The position numbers and the translations under genes are program-made. A stretch of 60,826 nt of DNA, counting the filler. It is 6 parts of 6 records of this genome, joined end to end, with 100 filler letters (N's around TTAATTAATTAA, not from the genome) between each part and the next. Parts side by side here need not be neighbours in the genome. Positions count along the whole stretch, not along the records: positions 55,719 to 60,826 come from SRR2962707_2547; 5 more parts are not named here. The stretch is one strand, 5' to 3'. The notes below the pieces were generated by a model. That model saw only the letters and a list, made by a program, of their open reading frames with translations, did no database searches and was not told the DNA's origin. How positions within the stretch are numbered: position 1 is the first letter of the stretch; each line of letters starts with the position of its first letter. This document shows positions 59,956-60,826 of the stretch, in pieces.

Positions 59956-60684
59956 ATGATGATTTCGGGCTCCCTTCCGTCAATGGCTTCTGCCTTTCCT
60001 ACGCCTTCCGTTGGCTCGGGAGACGCAGCTGCGCGTGCCCCTCTCCGGCCATCTTCGGATGAATCACCTTCATCTCGAACATCTCCTGAAACCTCCGGGT
60101 CCGACCGCGTAGCTGACGATAATGCTGCGGAGGATCGTACCCGCTCGCAGGGTTCCAGCGTAGAGGATGCTCAGGGCCTGGATGAGGCAGAGCTGAAACA
60201 GCTTACGGAACTGAAAGCCAGGGACCGTGAGGTTCGTGCCCATGAGGCAGCCCATCAGGCGGTTGGCGGCCAGTACGCCGGTTCCATTTCCTACGTCTAT
60301 GAACGGGGCCCCGACGGTGCCCAGTACGCTGTTGGTGGCGAGGTCTCGATTAGCACCTCGCCCGTGCGGGGAGATCCCCAGGCGACAATCGATAAAATGC
60401 GTGTGGTCAGGGCCGCAGCGTTGGCGCCGGCAGAGCCTTCCCCACAAGACCGGGCGGTGGCGGCAGAGGCCATGCAGTTGATGCTGCAGGCACAAGCTGA
60501 ACTCTCCTCAGAGTTGGGTCGCACTGACGAGTCCGGGCAATCTGAAGTGTCCGAGGACCAGGCGGGTGACGAAAGCAGTGCAAAGCAGTCGCAGGAAGCG
60601 ACGAATGCCTATCAGGTCATCTCCGGCGTCGGGAGCAATGATGTAAGCGCCAATCCCCCTTCATCCTTCCGGGCAACAGCCTGA
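59956..60684 (+). CDS. SprA-related / CJM1_0395-family putative metalloprotease
   Basis: LKARDREVRAHEAAH, GPDGAQYAVGGEVSI, AALAPAEPSPQDRAVAA. Confidence 0.85.
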   Translation: MMISGSLPSMASAFPTPSVGSGDAAARAPLRPSSDESPSSRTSPETSGSDRVADDNAAEDRTRSQGSSVEDAQGLDEAELKQLTELKARDREVRAHEAAHQAVGGQYAGSISYVYERGPDGAQYAVGGEVSISTSPVRGDPQATIDKMRVVRAAALAPAEPSPQDRAVAAEAMQLMLQAQAELSSELGRTDESGQSEVSEDQAGDESSAKQSQEATNAYQVISGVGSNDVSANPPSSFRATA

Positions 60685-60778
60685 AAACAAGCTGCTTTTT
60701 AGTCTAAAACCTCCCCGTGTGCTTAAGCCATCGGTACACATTCGCGACAAAACACAACACAAATTTTGATTGCGCCTA

Positions 60779-60823
60779 TTGACAATTCTGTGCCTCTAAA
60801 CGTATGTTTCAAACAAGTGTTTT
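60779..60823 (+). promoter_or_regulatory. sigma70 promoter overlapped by tandem PsrA-like operator
   Basis: TTGACA at 60779; TAAAC-GTAT-GTTTC and CAAAC-AAGT-GTTTT sites over the -10 region. Confidence 0.65.
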
Positions 60824-60826
60824 ATT

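Overview
This window is not one locus. It is six unrelated contigs joined by five 100-nt artificial linkers (N44-TTAATTAATTAA-N44). (1) 1-15177, Roseobacter-group alphaproteobacterium: ettA 3' end, a decayed accessory patch (IS21 left end, truncated NDT/TIR-like gene, three small membrane ORFs, a truncated glycine-zipper protein), cspA, L,D-transpeptidase, geranylgeranyl reductase-family enzyme, tesA-ybbAP, inositol monophosphatase and gcvTHP under a tandem glycine riboswitch. (2) 15278-28603, alphaproteobacterial island ending in a large serine recombinase that reads into a tRNA-derived att site. It carries a PipR/OryR/XccR-type LuxR solo, a proline iminopeptidase preceded by a lux-box-like palindrome, amidases, aldolases, an ABC importer, GntR and LysR. 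(3) 28704-39423, Roseobacter core region: acyl-CoA dehydrogenase, class II aldolase, ade, amn, HU, DMT, msrBA, hydantoinase-like gene, queG end, and an orphan CtrA box beside a strand-specific hairpin. (4) 39524-47857, eukaryotic (protist-like) DNA: a two-exon gene for a myristoylation/IQ-motif protein with dispersed RelA/SpoT-like motifs, and SIL1. (5) 47958-55618 and (6) 55719-60826, Marinobacter-like gammaproteobacterium: Fur-boxed imelysin/di-haem cluster, rlmJ, orphan TRAP binding protein, then bioBFHCD and a SprA-related gene. The best candidates for new biology are the mobile LuxR-solo/pip module and the eukaryotic IQ + RelA/SpoT-like protein. All family and taxon calls come from motif recognition by eye; no database search was run.
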